A stretch of DNA of 62,784 nt, filler included, from Rhabdomonas costata (GCA_019059605.1; 45 parts of 45 records of this genome joined end to end with filler, not necessarily neighbours in it), one strand, 5' to 3'; shown: positions 23,079 through 34,632, counted from the whole stretch's first letter. The notes: generated by a model from the sequence alone, not told the origin. Translations and numbers: made by a program.

Positions 23079-26000
23079 GTCTGTTTGTCTGCGCATCGAG
23101 TTTGGGGGGAAGGCGTTGGAGTCAAAGGCTTAGCGTGGGAGAGGGAAGGGTGCGGATAGCCGGGGTATAACCGAATAGGTTCTTTCCGCATCTGAACAAC
23201 CTGAAAGTGGAAGCTCTGCACCTTCCGTGGCAAGCCTGTGAGGATGTTCCCTGTACATTGTTTCATTTGAGACGGTGAGGAGAGATACCCTTTGTTGAAC
23301 TGGGAATCTGCTGGGGTCACAGGGCTACGAGTACTTTACCTGCCAGACCTGCGGAGCGAAGTGGAAGCACTGGCGTCGTTAGTCCCTTGCTTAAGCACAC
23401 TGTGAAGTTGCGGAGAGTTCGTTTACGGTTTCTGGGGTGGAGCGATTTGCAGTAATGGCTCCCAATGGTTTTTCTTCTGTGGGTACTGCTCTGCTGGTCT
23501 GCACTTCTATTTCCCTCAGCGGTGCTATGCGAGTGGTCCCATATGGGCAGTTAGAATGGTGAGAAGTTGTGGCACTGCTTTTTGTGAAACTTTCTCCTTC
23601 TCGAGGTATCCACGTCGGTCACGTCGGTGCAAGCGTGTAGCTGGGAAGACCCCCCCCCCNNNNNNNNNNNNNNNNNNNNNNNNNNNNNNNNNNNNNNNNN
23701 NNNTTAATTAATTAANNNNNNNNNNNNNNNNNNNNNNNNNNNNNNNNNNNNNNNNNNNNGTGGGTGGGTGGCTACGGGGAGAGATTTGTTGGAAAACGGG
23801 GCAGAGAAATGGGATTCGGACGAAAGAACAGCTGAGGCTACAGGTCGCCTCGGCATCCCTTCGCTTTTTCGCAAGAACCGAGAGTGAGAGAAGAGAGGAC
23901 GGTGCGGGTGCGTAGTAGTCGGACCAACCAGTGTGAGAGATGGGCAAGGAAGGGTTGTGGGGGTCGGATGAGGGGGATGCGTATGGACAGAAGACAAGAG
24001 GAGCGAAGCGCCTCAAACCTGTACGATAATGATTCTCAATGCACACAGGGGAAAGGCCAAGCTCAAGGAAAATGGTCATGTAACCAAAAGTACCCGTTTG
24101 TTTTTGCCCAGAGAAATTGTTTCTACAATGTTCCAAGGCAAATTCCCCCTCCCCGTCTTCCACCTCCCACCCAGGATGCTCGTGGGAACCTTTACACTAA
24201 ATACTAAATCACCAAATTTGTCATTGGATACGCCTGGAGTCAGGAGTGGGCAGAGAAGGTTCATAGGCAAGGATGGATCCTATTTAAAAATATGATTTGT
24301 AAGTGTGGAGTTTCACAGATGTTCAAGTTTTAAGAAGGGATGAGAGTGGAGGATGGCACATCCGTCCGCCATCCTCCACTCTCATCCCTAAAAACAGGTG
24401 CAGCAAAAAATGCAATGAAGTGGAATAAATCATTTCACCTCATTTCCTCCCCTTCTCTATTTACTGCTGACCAAAGAAAAAGACGCGGAAGTCTTTACAC
24501 ATATGCGAAAGTCGGCCTGCCTTTATTACGAGTGCAAGTGTTGGAGGTAGGGGCGGCGACACGAGCCTTGGCCTTCCAAGCCAAGAACAACACCAACAGT
24601 GGACAAAACCCCGACCGAACAAAGTCCGGAACGGGGTGGGCTCCGCTCAAAGGCACACCACTTGCCTTTCCTACTTTTTCTCAGTCGACCCAAAGTATAA
24701 ACGCTCACCCCTTCTCATTCCAGTACTGGTTAACTCAGCAGGCTCCCCACCACTCAAGACATTTACTCACTCAGTCATTCATTCACCCGCACTGCCCACT
24801 GGGCTTGCGAGGGGCTGCTTGGAGCAGTGGCTTGGGCCTTTCCAGCGGAGGATGCAGAGGGACTGGGTGGCTGCTGCTGGGGCGAATCAGAAGGGAATTG
24901 ATGGAGGCTGGCTGGTGCTCTTGAACAGTGCACCCTGGGATGGCTCACGTCGGAAATCTCGAAGACGTACCTCCCAAACGCAGGCTCCAGCCCCAGTGTC
25001 ACAAGGACAGACTTTGGAGGGCGCTCCGTGGTAGACTTACAAAAAGGCCAACAAAACNNNNNNNNNNNNNNNNNNNNNNNNNNNNNNNNNNNNNNNNNNN
25101 NTTAATTAATTAANNNNNNNNNNNNNNNNNNNNNNNNNNNNNNNNNNNNNNNNNNNNGGGGTTTGGTCTCGATTGCACCGGTTGCCGTTGCCAGTATCGG
25201 TTGCCTGTTGCCTCCGTTTTTCTTTTTCAGCCCGACCTGTTGTTGTTCCCTTCCTTCTTCCAGCTTCTCCTGCTCCCAAATGTCAATTGCTCCGACTCCG
25301 AAGCTTAGTCTGCCTTGCGGTGTGGGCAAGGAGGAGGGTCTGGAGCGCGCCGGGGGTTCTGCCGTTTCCATTTTGGAGGGCGACCTCGGGACCCTGCCCT
25401 CCTCCCCCAAAACGCCCGTGAGCCAGATTATGAGGGGGCATCCCCAGAGCCCTCCTCCGCTCCGCCGGCCCTCCCGAAAGGCCTCGGCGAGGTTCGGCTT
25501 CGCCGCGATACAGCAGAACTTGTGAAGTGGAGAACGGGAATGAAGGTGCGCGTCCGCTATGGGACTGATTGTGCTGGGGGAGGCTGAACATATTGTGTGG
25601 CGGTGTATAGGTGTTTCAGCACATGGAAAAGTGCTCTGAAGTTCGTTTTTTGGCCGATGGATATCGGAGGAAAATCCCGAGACACTTTAAGAAATGTTTG
25701 AAAAGCTCTCATCGACTGCACTCTGAATCAGACATTTTCGGACCAATAGGGTGTGGTGAAAACTGGTTCAAACTTGTACTGATTTTTGCTATTCGTTCTT
25801 TGTGTTCTTTCTGTAAATTACCCCAAACGATAAGTGGGTCCCAGTGCGTGTGACCATGCTTGGGAGTTTGTAAGTGGCCAGCCTTTGCCTGGGATCTCCC
25901 AAGATCTGGAAGCAGTTTTTTTTTGCAATTTATCCGAACCGAAAATTTCCAGAATATCCGATTTTGTCGGCATCCCTTCTTCTCCCACCCTGAGGAGATC

Positions 26001-26110
26001 GGATTTCTGAGTTGGCACCTTTGAGAGGTCGTGTCGGAGCCGGAAATAACCCCCCCCCTGCCCCCTGCTTGGCGACGCCAGGAATTGGGGCTGTTGTATT
26101 TGGGGGGGGG

Positions 26111-26450
26111 GGCGTTAAACGTGTAACACCGTTAGGCAGTCGAAATTTTTTAATACTTAAAAATCGGCATCTTGGGGGCAGTAAAACAATAAACCTAACC
26201 CCCTTTCGCTAAAATAGCATCATCTAGTGAGTTCAGGCACAGTTAACCAAAGCTCCGTACTGAGAAAATGACTTTGAGATACACGATTTTTATACCGTTT
26301 AACGCCGTTAAACGTTTAAAATGACACGCGGCCGCCTCATCCGTCTGCTCCAGCCGCCCCCGCGGCTGGCCTCCGCCCCTAAACTAATGTTGTCCCAATC
26401 GATCTACAATGTCCGAAACGTTTAACGCAGTTAAACGTTTGACACACCCC
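26111..26450. mobile_element. Probable DNA-transposon (hAT-like) end with palindromic subterminal repeats
   Basis: AAACGTTTAAC-GCA-GTTAAACGTTT (26416-26440), CGTTTAAC-GCC-GTTAAACG (26296-26314), a partial copy at 26111; the minus strand reads GGGTGTGTCAAACG, resembling hAT termini. Confidence 0.45.
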
Positions 26451-26562
26451 ACAACNNNNNNNNNNNNNNNNNNNNNNNNNNNNNNNNNNNNNNNNNNNNT
26501 TAATTAATTAANNNNNNNNNNNNNNNNNNNNNNNNNNNNNNNNNNNNNNNNNNNNGGGGTTT

Positions 26563-27853
26563 GTGAGCTCAAAAAAGACGACATGGGTCCCACGGCCGAA
26601 CGGCTCATCCCTGAACTGCTTCAGTCGAACTGCTGCGAGGGTAAGCCCTTCAGCCGTGGGACCCATGTCGTCTTTTTTGACCTCACTATCACCCCGGAGG
26701 TGGACGCGGCGGCCTTTGGGACATGTTCAAGCCGAGTCGCGGAGTGCATCACCCAGCTTCCAGTTCGCGGTCATGACGGACCTGGCAAGATAAGGCCCCT
26801 TCTGGCCCTTTTAAAGAGCATTTTCCACTTGAAAATTTCAGAGGCCCGGGGTGCACCTTGCAAGCTTGCATACTGAGCCTGACTTTGACGTAGTACTTCA
26901 TGTACTTCATGCTGGCACCAGAGTTAACCGGAATGCTTCGGTTTTGAGACACTCTAAAGGCCATTTAAGGGCCATTTTTGGGTGTTTTTGAGCCCTTTCT
27001 GCCTTTGCACACATGCTTGGAAGAAAGGCTTTGCATCGGGCTTTGGCTTTTATAAGAGAAAAAAGAACTGTGGGCTGTCACCGTCCGCCCACCTGTCCGT
27101 TATCCCGCATTTCTTCCGAACCTTCGTCTTTTCTTTCAAAAAACCGTTGCAAAAAGGAAAAAAAGGGGAAAAGCATCGCGGCGCTGTGAAGGCACCAGAG
27201 TTCGTGAAGAGACCGATTTGCAAACAATTAGAATCGTTGCTGGCACGTCGGCGTGGTTCGTTAGAACGATCGCGGGCATCAAGGTCTCCAGACCTTCAAC
27301 TGTTCGTCCAGGCTGGGCTAATCCCTAGCCCCTGTCTGCCCCAAGAGTAGTAGCCGTGCGCGTCTGGGTCCTCATGGACCCTGCTTCACATCGTACAACA
27401 CCCCCCAACTGTGCATGACACTTTTTGCCGAAGAAGTAATTTGTTGGTAGAATTTATACATCCCGGAAAAGCAGATCCTTTCGCGGCTGCTTTACAAAAT
27501 ACACGCCATCCCTTCCTTCATGTGCCCAATGTATTCAGCAATGGGACGTCAACCCACTAAAATACGTTGACCGAAGGGGACAGGGGGCTTCCGGCTGGAG
27601 AAATACTCTGTCTAAAGGGTGCTTTTCATAGTTTCTTTCTGCATTCTTGCAGAGCCACCCACCCTGTTTGCGCTCCCCACGGGAAGGAGCAGGCCTTTTT
27701 TGGTCTCTTCCACAGTCAACCCAACGTGTGGGAGAAGTGGGTACCACTGACCCTCCGGCTCCGCGGAGCCCCTCCGCGAACGGCTCATCCCTGAACTGCT
27801 TCAGTCGAACTGCTGCGAGGGTCAGCCCTTCAGCCGTGGGACCCATGTCGTCT
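26563..27853. repeat. 77-bp direct repeat (26597-26673 / 27777-27853, 1 mismatch) plus 28-bp inverted repeat (26569-26596 / 26653-26680)
   Basis: Direct comparison of the sequences. Confidence 0.9.
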
Positions 27854-28304
27854 NNNNNNNNNNNNNNNNNNNNNNNNNNNNNNNNNNNNNNNNNNNNTTA
27901 ATTAATTAANNNNNNNNNNNNNNNNNNNNNNNNNNNNNNNNNNNNNNNNNNNNGTGTTGGGGTGATGTTGAATGAGGTGTTGGTGAAACAATGCAGGTAT
28001 GGTCGCCTGGGGACGGGGATTTGCTTTGCCCATTTCCCGGTGTGATTATTCCTTTGCCATCCTTCAAGTGTGCGTGCGTGGGGAAACCTGAGGTGCGTGA
28101 AGCGTACGGCATCCGCACAGCTCTCCACGAATGACACGCCGGCGTTGAAAAAGACACACCGTTCCCTGCCTGGCGGGAAAAAAGCACTGTAAGCCGTTCC
28201 CCAAACGTACCGTACAGCTGGCTCAGGTGGGGAAGAACATACGGTTATTCCGTAGGAAACATCTGAGGCTTTCCCCTAACCCTATAGAATACCAGATCAC
28301 TACG

Positions 28305-28338
28305 AGGGCGAGCCGCACCTCAGGGCGAGCCGCACCTC
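28305..28338. repeat. 17-bp perfect tandem duplication upstream of acnB
   Basis: AGGGCGAGCCGCACCTC x2. Confidence 0.9.
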
Positions 28339-28529
28339 GCTCCCGCAAACCATCAGGGGCTGAACAGCGCTCATACACATCATAGGGGTGCTTCCTTTCT
28401 GCTCCCTCAAGGGTGTCTTCTTCCGGTTCCGTTCCTTTCGCGGCTCATTGAAGGGGGAAAACAGGAGGCAGCGCAAGAGCTTCCCGACCCCAAACTCTCT
28501 TCCCCCACTCTTCCCCCACCACAACCACA

Positions 28530-28625
28530 ATGGCCTCGTGGAACCTGGACAAGTACAGGAAGCACGTCGCGGAGCGGGCTGCCGAGGGCGTGGTGCCCAA
28601 GCCCCTGGCCCCGGAGCACGTGCAG
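28530..28625 (+). CDS. acnB: Aconitate hydratase B (bacterial-type), first coding exon
   Basis: MASWNLDKYRKHVAERAAEGVVPKPL matches the AcnB N-terminus (L..YRKHVAERAA.GI.PKPL); similarity stops at CAG|GTCCTG, consistent with an intron. Confidence 0.85.
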
Positions 28626-31600
28626 GTCCTGGGGGACTGCGGGGTGACCGGCCTGCAGAAGGTCGCAGGGGGTGGCGATGGTGGAGGCAAGTGGGCCCTG
28701 ACGGTGCGGTCTGAACCCGGAGGTATGTCAGCGGGGAGACGGACAGTGCTTTAGCGCGCCACCCGCCACCCTTCGCCCCCACAGCTTCTAACCCTCTCGG
28801 AGGAATCAGAAGCTGTAGTTGTCCAGCACTAGAACAGAACTAATATGGCTGATGCGGTTGGAAGGCAATGGCGGGGCACAGAACAGTTTCATCTTTCCGG
28901 GCCGAGGGGAATGTGAGATTTGGCTTTCCGTCGATGGGTTTGGGCCTTTCCGCGGCTGAGATTATTTGTTTGGTTATCAGCGGTGGTGTGTTGGCATGCA
29001 TGTGTGTGCGGATCCGGATGGTTGGGGCAGGATGGTTCTCCACCCTCTGGAGACGAGAGGTTTGATCGCCCTCTGTCGAGTAGACGCCGGCGAGATTTTT
29101 GATAGTTATGACTCATGGGTGGGCAAGCCTTTCTTCCGAGGGCGACTCGCTGAGCTTGAGTCACATGAGACAAAAACTTGCAATACGGGCGTACAACAGG
29201 GTCTTGTTGAGAGAAAGACCCGCGCACGGCGTTGGGGCCGTGCAACCTCACNNNNNNNNNNNNNNNNNNNNNNNNNNNNNNNNNNNNNNNNNNNNTTAAT
29301 TAATTAANNNNNNNNNNNNNNNNNNNNNNNNNNNNNNNNNNNNNNNNNNNNAAAAGGAACCTGGGGCTTTCACAGAACAACGTCAGAGTGTCGTTGTTTC
29401 ATTTTGCTCAGCCGAAAGGAGATTAATGCCATCACAGTGTTCCGTGAGAGCAGCTTCGGCAAAAGCCTCACAGATACCATGTTACCCGTCCTGCTGGAAA
29501 TGGCAGCGGGATATTTCGACTTGGATTGTGCACATGAAAACATATCGCTTTTTGGCTTCGAAAAATAGGGTAGTTAATTATAAAAGGGAAGGGGGTTTGG
29601 GCTTACTATAGCTGGGGGTTACAGTAAATTCGCATGTCTGCGCTCCAAGGCAACTATAGTTGGAAATTATAACCCTGAACGGATCTGCGCAAAGTCGTGG
29701 ATTTTTCGTTGGAATGACTCCCGAAGAACGAGCATTGGAAAACGAGATTTTAATTCTGAGAAAAGAACTTGAGCTGAGGTACATTGCATTTTAAGTTTTT
29801 TCTCTCCTTTTTTTTAAAGCACAAAATTTCACGGCACAGCTGCAATATGGGTCACCACTGTATTTGCAGCACGAGCGACACAGAGGTGCCACACACAGAA
29901 AAAGCAAGTGTGCATCCTACACCTGTTTTGATGTTTTTTCACTCGTCCACCCGCAAAGTTGTGATTAGGATTATGGAGTGTAAGCAAACAGAAACATAAT
30001 TAAAACAAAACACTGCACTGCTTCACCACAAAATGACCTCTTTTAAAAGTTTTCGGGTGAAAATTTTATTGAAAACCATGTGTTCGACCTCATAAGATTG
30101 TAATAAGTGGGTACCCAGGGGGGGGTACGGATGTGGTGGAATTCGAATCCAGGGAGCCCACTCAGTGTATACTAAGTAATCGAGTTGGGATTAAATGGCG
30201 GAATGGGATCCATCCTCAGGGGGCTCTGGCCTCTTTCCTGACCTCAGCTTCGGGGCGTGCGGTCCTCTGATAGGATAGCTCTCCGACTTCTTGGTCGATA
30301 TGGATAACCAGTCTCCCCGCTGAACAACCGTGGCACCGTGTTCTCTGCTGACGAGTGGCAAGCATTGTGCCACTTCCGTCTGGGTCTTCCCTTTCCCACC
30401 GGTTTTGTCTTGCGGGGGTTGTGGCGCTAGGCAGGACCTTAGGTCAGGGGCAGCTTTTCTTTTCTTTCCATCATCGCTCTCCTTCACGGGTGTGTTTCTT
30501 TTCTGTCTTTACATCGTACAAACATACACAAACAGGAACAAACAGACACAACACAACTGTCCCTAAGTCAAAGAATAAGACCCCTGCCACCCCTACCCGT
30601 TGGCTCTCGTTCCGATGTCCTTGTGTTGGAACCCAGCGAAACCGTCCCCNNNNNNNNNNNNNNNNNNNNNNNNNNNNNNNNNNNNNNNNNNNNTTAATTA
30701 ATTAANNNNNNNNNNNNNNNNNNNNNNNNNNNNNNNNNNNNNNNNNNNNGTTGGGTGTGGGCATAACACATCCTTCCTTCACGCGAAAGATCACACTGGC
30801 ACATCTGTAGCCCAAGTGGTCTGTGAAGGAATGCTTACGTTCGTTAGATCAGATTATTTTCGCAAGAAGGGCAGCATTGTCCTTAGGGCTTGCCACTCAG
30901 CTTCAATGGGCACGAGGCAGGCACGGGCTCACCGCTGAGTATGAGTCCGTGGGATAAATTTTTTCATCGCTGACATGACTTCACGAGCCCATTGGTAACG
31001 TGGTTTAGTCTGCAAATCGCGCAGATGCGAGGGATCATTTGCGTGAAGGAAGGATGTGTTATGCCCACCTACCATTCCCCATGCCTTGCTCCCATTTTTT
31101 GAGAGCTGTGTGTGTGGTTTTCAGAGGCCCGGTAACGGTCTCTGACACACGAACCCACAGACCAGGTCGGAGTGCGAGGAGTGGAATCGCAGGGTGGTCC
31201 CCGGCTGCAGCCCCCGAGCGACGGGGCGGAGATCCACAGAGACTCGTCCGCGCTGCCCCGCCGGAAGCACCGCAGTGTGGGTGGGGCAAGCGATCAAGTG
31301 AATCTCCCAAACAGCCCACAGGCGGTTCAGGAAAACGTCGGAGTACATGAACTATTAGTACAAACACGGTCAGGGCAGTGTGCGGGCATGAGAGTGGTAA
31401 GTAAGAAAAAGGAAAGTGATCGAGCCACGGAGTGATGCTCTGAGAAATGTAACAAAGGAGTCGCAAAGGAGTAAAGGAGTCTTGATCCCAGCCACAAGGC
31501 ACGGCAACATAGCTGAGGAAATAGGAAAGAAGGAGCAGGAGAGCGCCTTCACGCCATTGGAAAAAATCCGTTTTTATGCACTTGCACGGAAGTTGGGATG

Positions 31601-31722
31601 ACACAAGTACAGAAAAGCAGCCTTTTGGTGACGAGCAAGTGCAAATGAGAAAGGCACAAGCATCATATACCATCATATACCCTCTCCCCCGCTCCTGTGC
31701 TGATCCTCCCCCCACATAGTAC

Positions 31723-31866
31723 CACTGTAAAAGACGTGCTAGACGTCAGAGCGGGGTGCTCGAGCTGTAGGTACTGCAGGGCAGCGCCCTCCGAAGTGTG
31801 GTGCGGGAACACCGAGAGCCTCACTACTGGGCTGGTGCAGACCATGTAGCGGGCATCCACGCAGCC
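31723..31866 (-). CDS. Single internal exon, unknown product
   Basis: GCVDARYMVCTSPVVRLSVFPHH...SFTV, high GC3, bounded by CAG and GT. Confidence 0.35.
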
Positions 31867-32166
31867 CTGGCAGTGCACACAACCACCAAACAAAACACCA
31901 CCTCTGTGATTGCCGAGGATCCCATTTTATTCCAAATGTAGTAAAAAAACAAGCAAATCGATCAGCCGACGAAGGCGATACCGCGCTCTGTCTCCAAAAA
32001 AAAACTTCCCTCAGTATGGGTATAACCTAGAAATAAAACAACAANNNNNNNNNNNNNNNNNNNNNNNNNNNNNNNNNNNNNNNNNNNNTTAATTAATTAA
32101 NNNNNNNNNNNNNNNNNNNNNNNNNNNNNNNNNNNNNNNNNNNNTTGTTGGTGTGTTTGGGTTGTG

Positions 32167-32430
32167 GGTATGTCGCGTCGTGTTCCTGAGTTCTCGGATG
32201 TCTAGCTGCCGTTTGTGTCACTCGGTTCCTTAGTTCCTTGTTGTTGTTGCCGCTGCCTTCCTTGTCTTTTGCGTCTCCTCTCCGGTGCTGCGTTGAGTGT
32301 ATCGACTTCTGTGTCTGGTGTGGGGCCTCTGGGTGTACTTCCTGCTGCTTCCTATCCTGCTTTGCGCTTCCAAGTGGGTATCCAGGGGTTTGGTATGGCG
32401 TTCATGGTATTGGTCTTTTCTTCCCCGTAG
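32167..32430 (+). pseudogene. cox1: Cytochrome c oxidase subunit 1 3' fragment with in-frame TAG and frameshifts (NUMT, gene fragment, or edited mitochondrial cryptogene)
   Basis: GMSRRVPEFSDV*LPFVSLGS aligns with the Cox1 G(M/L)PRR..DYPD.Y motif; the TM12-like FLVVVAAAFLV follows in the +1 frame; the segment is T-rich and A-poor. Confidence 0.7.
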
Positions 32431-32591
32431 GAAGAGAGAAAGAGTGAAGATGAGAGTGGTAAAAAACCCACTTCTTAGGTAGAGGGTGAGCATTCCTACC
32501 GCAGGTGCCAATCCTACGGCGTGATGCTCCTCGATCCGAGTAGGGAACGCTACGTACCCACTCATGGTATTCTGCATGGCTACGCCCGGAC

Positions 32592-32895
32592 GGAGTGAGT
32601 GAAACCGTGCTTATGCCGGTGGAACGAAGTGACACGTATAGCTGATGGTGTGTGAGAGCGAAACCGTGACAGCGGTGGAGCGAGCCGTGTTGGGATGTTG
32701 GTTGAGTGAGCGTACCGGCTTATGCCGGGGAGCGAGCGAAGGAGAGATGTTGAGGGGTACACATTCCTCCTCTCACTGCGTTCGATGTCCTCATGTTCAC
32801 AGCTGTTGCATCACTCTGTCGGTCACATTCACACTGCGTTCATGTTCCCTCCTTGGTCGTCACTCGCTACCCGCTCGTTCCTCCTGACGTCACAC
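32592..32895. repeat. Three related GC hairpin modules (e.g. CCGGC-TTAT-GCCGG at 32715-32728) and a CGCTCGTTC..CTCC..TGACGTCA motif shared with contig 20963-22261
   Basis: Modules at 32592-32632, 32652-32685 and 32704-32744; the shared motif lies near 32872-32892 and 22193-22215. Confidence 0.75.
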
Positions 32896-33542
32896 TCGTT
32901 CACATTCGCTGATGCTCATGTTCATGTTTCAATGAACATGTTCGGGAAATGAACCAAGCAGGACCAATTCAAGTTAGTCACTTATTGGAGTAATGCCATA
33001 AGTAACCGCGGGAGGTCCCCAAGCCAAAGAAGAGGCATCTCTCGGTTACATCCATTAGAGTCCAACATCAATTGCGGTCCCTACTTTCAGGGTTGCTGCG
33101 AGAAGGCAGCTGCCAACTCACAAAAGAAAGATTACAAACAGGCCGCGGCAACCTGTGACAGATATGGAAAGGGTTCGGTTTCTGTTGTGGAGGCAGCCGT
33201 ACAAAAGAAGCAAAAATCACCAAGGGAAACGGCTCACTGTATTCACCGCGCATCAGTCGCGGGAAGAATGCTCGTGCTCTTCACTACCGCCAAAACCGCA
33301 GCCACTGTCAACACCACGGCCGCCACAGTGCGCCATTTCATGGCTACCGCCGAGCGCGGCGCCCGCGGCAAGCTCCGAAAGCGGCTCCTTGCCGCAGCGG
33401 CATTGTTCCCAAACAACACCACGCTCTCAGTGAACAAACAAANNNNNNNNNNNNNNNNNNNNNNNNNNNNNNNNNNNNNNNNNNNNTTAATTAATTAANN
33501 NNNNNNNNNNNNNNNNNNNNNNNNNNNNNNNNNNNNNNNNNN

Positions 33543-34276
33543 AGCAGCGACACCATTGTCAGCAGCGTGCTGAACAACCTGCTGCCCGGCCCTCTGGTCG
33601 CCGCGCTGATTGGGCTGTTCGCCCTGCTCGTCATCGACCGCGTGGTTTACATCTTGCGGTGTGTAGCACCTTTCCCCTGCTTGTTGGAGGTCGGGATTTT
33701 AATGGGGCGAAAAGGTTTTGCCCCCCCCCCCCTCCTGAAAACGAGATTTCTGCGCGACTCACGAAGGCGCTTAGGATCTTGGAAAAACGCCCGCGGATGT
33801 GCATCGCCTCATAACCCCCTGCGAACGCTTCTATTCAATTCCCAGGGGAAACAGGGGAACGATAACCGCAACCCCCGAACTCAAAACATAGTTGAATCCC
33901 GAGGTGGGAGGGCCAAACCGTTGCGCCTTAAGAGGAACTGAAACCACCACTCAATCCCCAGCACAAATATTGCTCGGGAATTCAGAAGCCTTCAGAAGCT
34001 ACCTGACCCCGCCCAGAGGCTGAAATCGAACGGACTCTGCAGGTCAGTTAAAGACAGGTGAAGCACGAGCGCTTTTTCACCACAAGTGACTGGACGTTGC
34101 GGTTCGCGCTTGCTTGCCTATTTCTGCTGTTGTTGCGTAGGTCTGTGGTGGCAAAGCTCCTGCTGCACTATGCCGCGGTGGTACTGTACTTCGTGTTCTA
34201 CGTACTGCTCTACCTTACCTTCGCCGACCGCGTGCGCTCTAAGATGACATTGGGCATCCAGTTTGTCGTCCACACG
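33543..34276 (+). CDS. PIEZO: Piezo mechanosensitive channel (exons <33543-33658, 34141-34276)
   Basis: SSVLNNLLPGPLVAALIGLFALLVIDRVVYILR|SVVAKLLLHY matches the Piezo segment S.L...VP..FL..LL.QF...V.DRALYLRK.V..KL; phase-2 intron. Confidence 0.8.
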
Positions 34277-34318
34277 GTGTGCAAGCGTGTGTACGCAAGC
34301 TACTGGGCGGGGGGTTTG

Positions 34319-34632
34319 GTGACATAACGCGAACACTTTGTACGCAGATAGGTTTTTGGGAGAAAAAAGTACTCCTCCAGGATGTAATCACCCATTTAGA
34401 TAGTTTAGTTATACGAAGTAGGGTTCACGATAAACTTTTGGAAATTCTTTTTGACCCCAAGGACCATGTGCAGACAGTATGAATGCTCGAAAACCCAAGG
34501 TTGAAGTGCAGCAGGAGGTACAATGAGGCATTTCACTGGGTTTTATGTCATAGAGTTCCAGCCGTGTGAAGCCACGGCTGTTGGAAAAGTTGGCAAGCGA
34601 CGATTATTGACCGTTTGTTGGGGTGGGGAAAA
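34319..34632 (+). repeat. Dispersed intronic repeat, copy 1 (homologous to 57724-58039)
   Basis: Colinear shared blocks ACGCGAACACTTT, GAAAAAAGTACTCCT, GGATGTAATCA, TGTGCAGACAGTATGAA, TGTGAAGCC.CGGCTGTT.GAAA. Confidence 0.9.
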
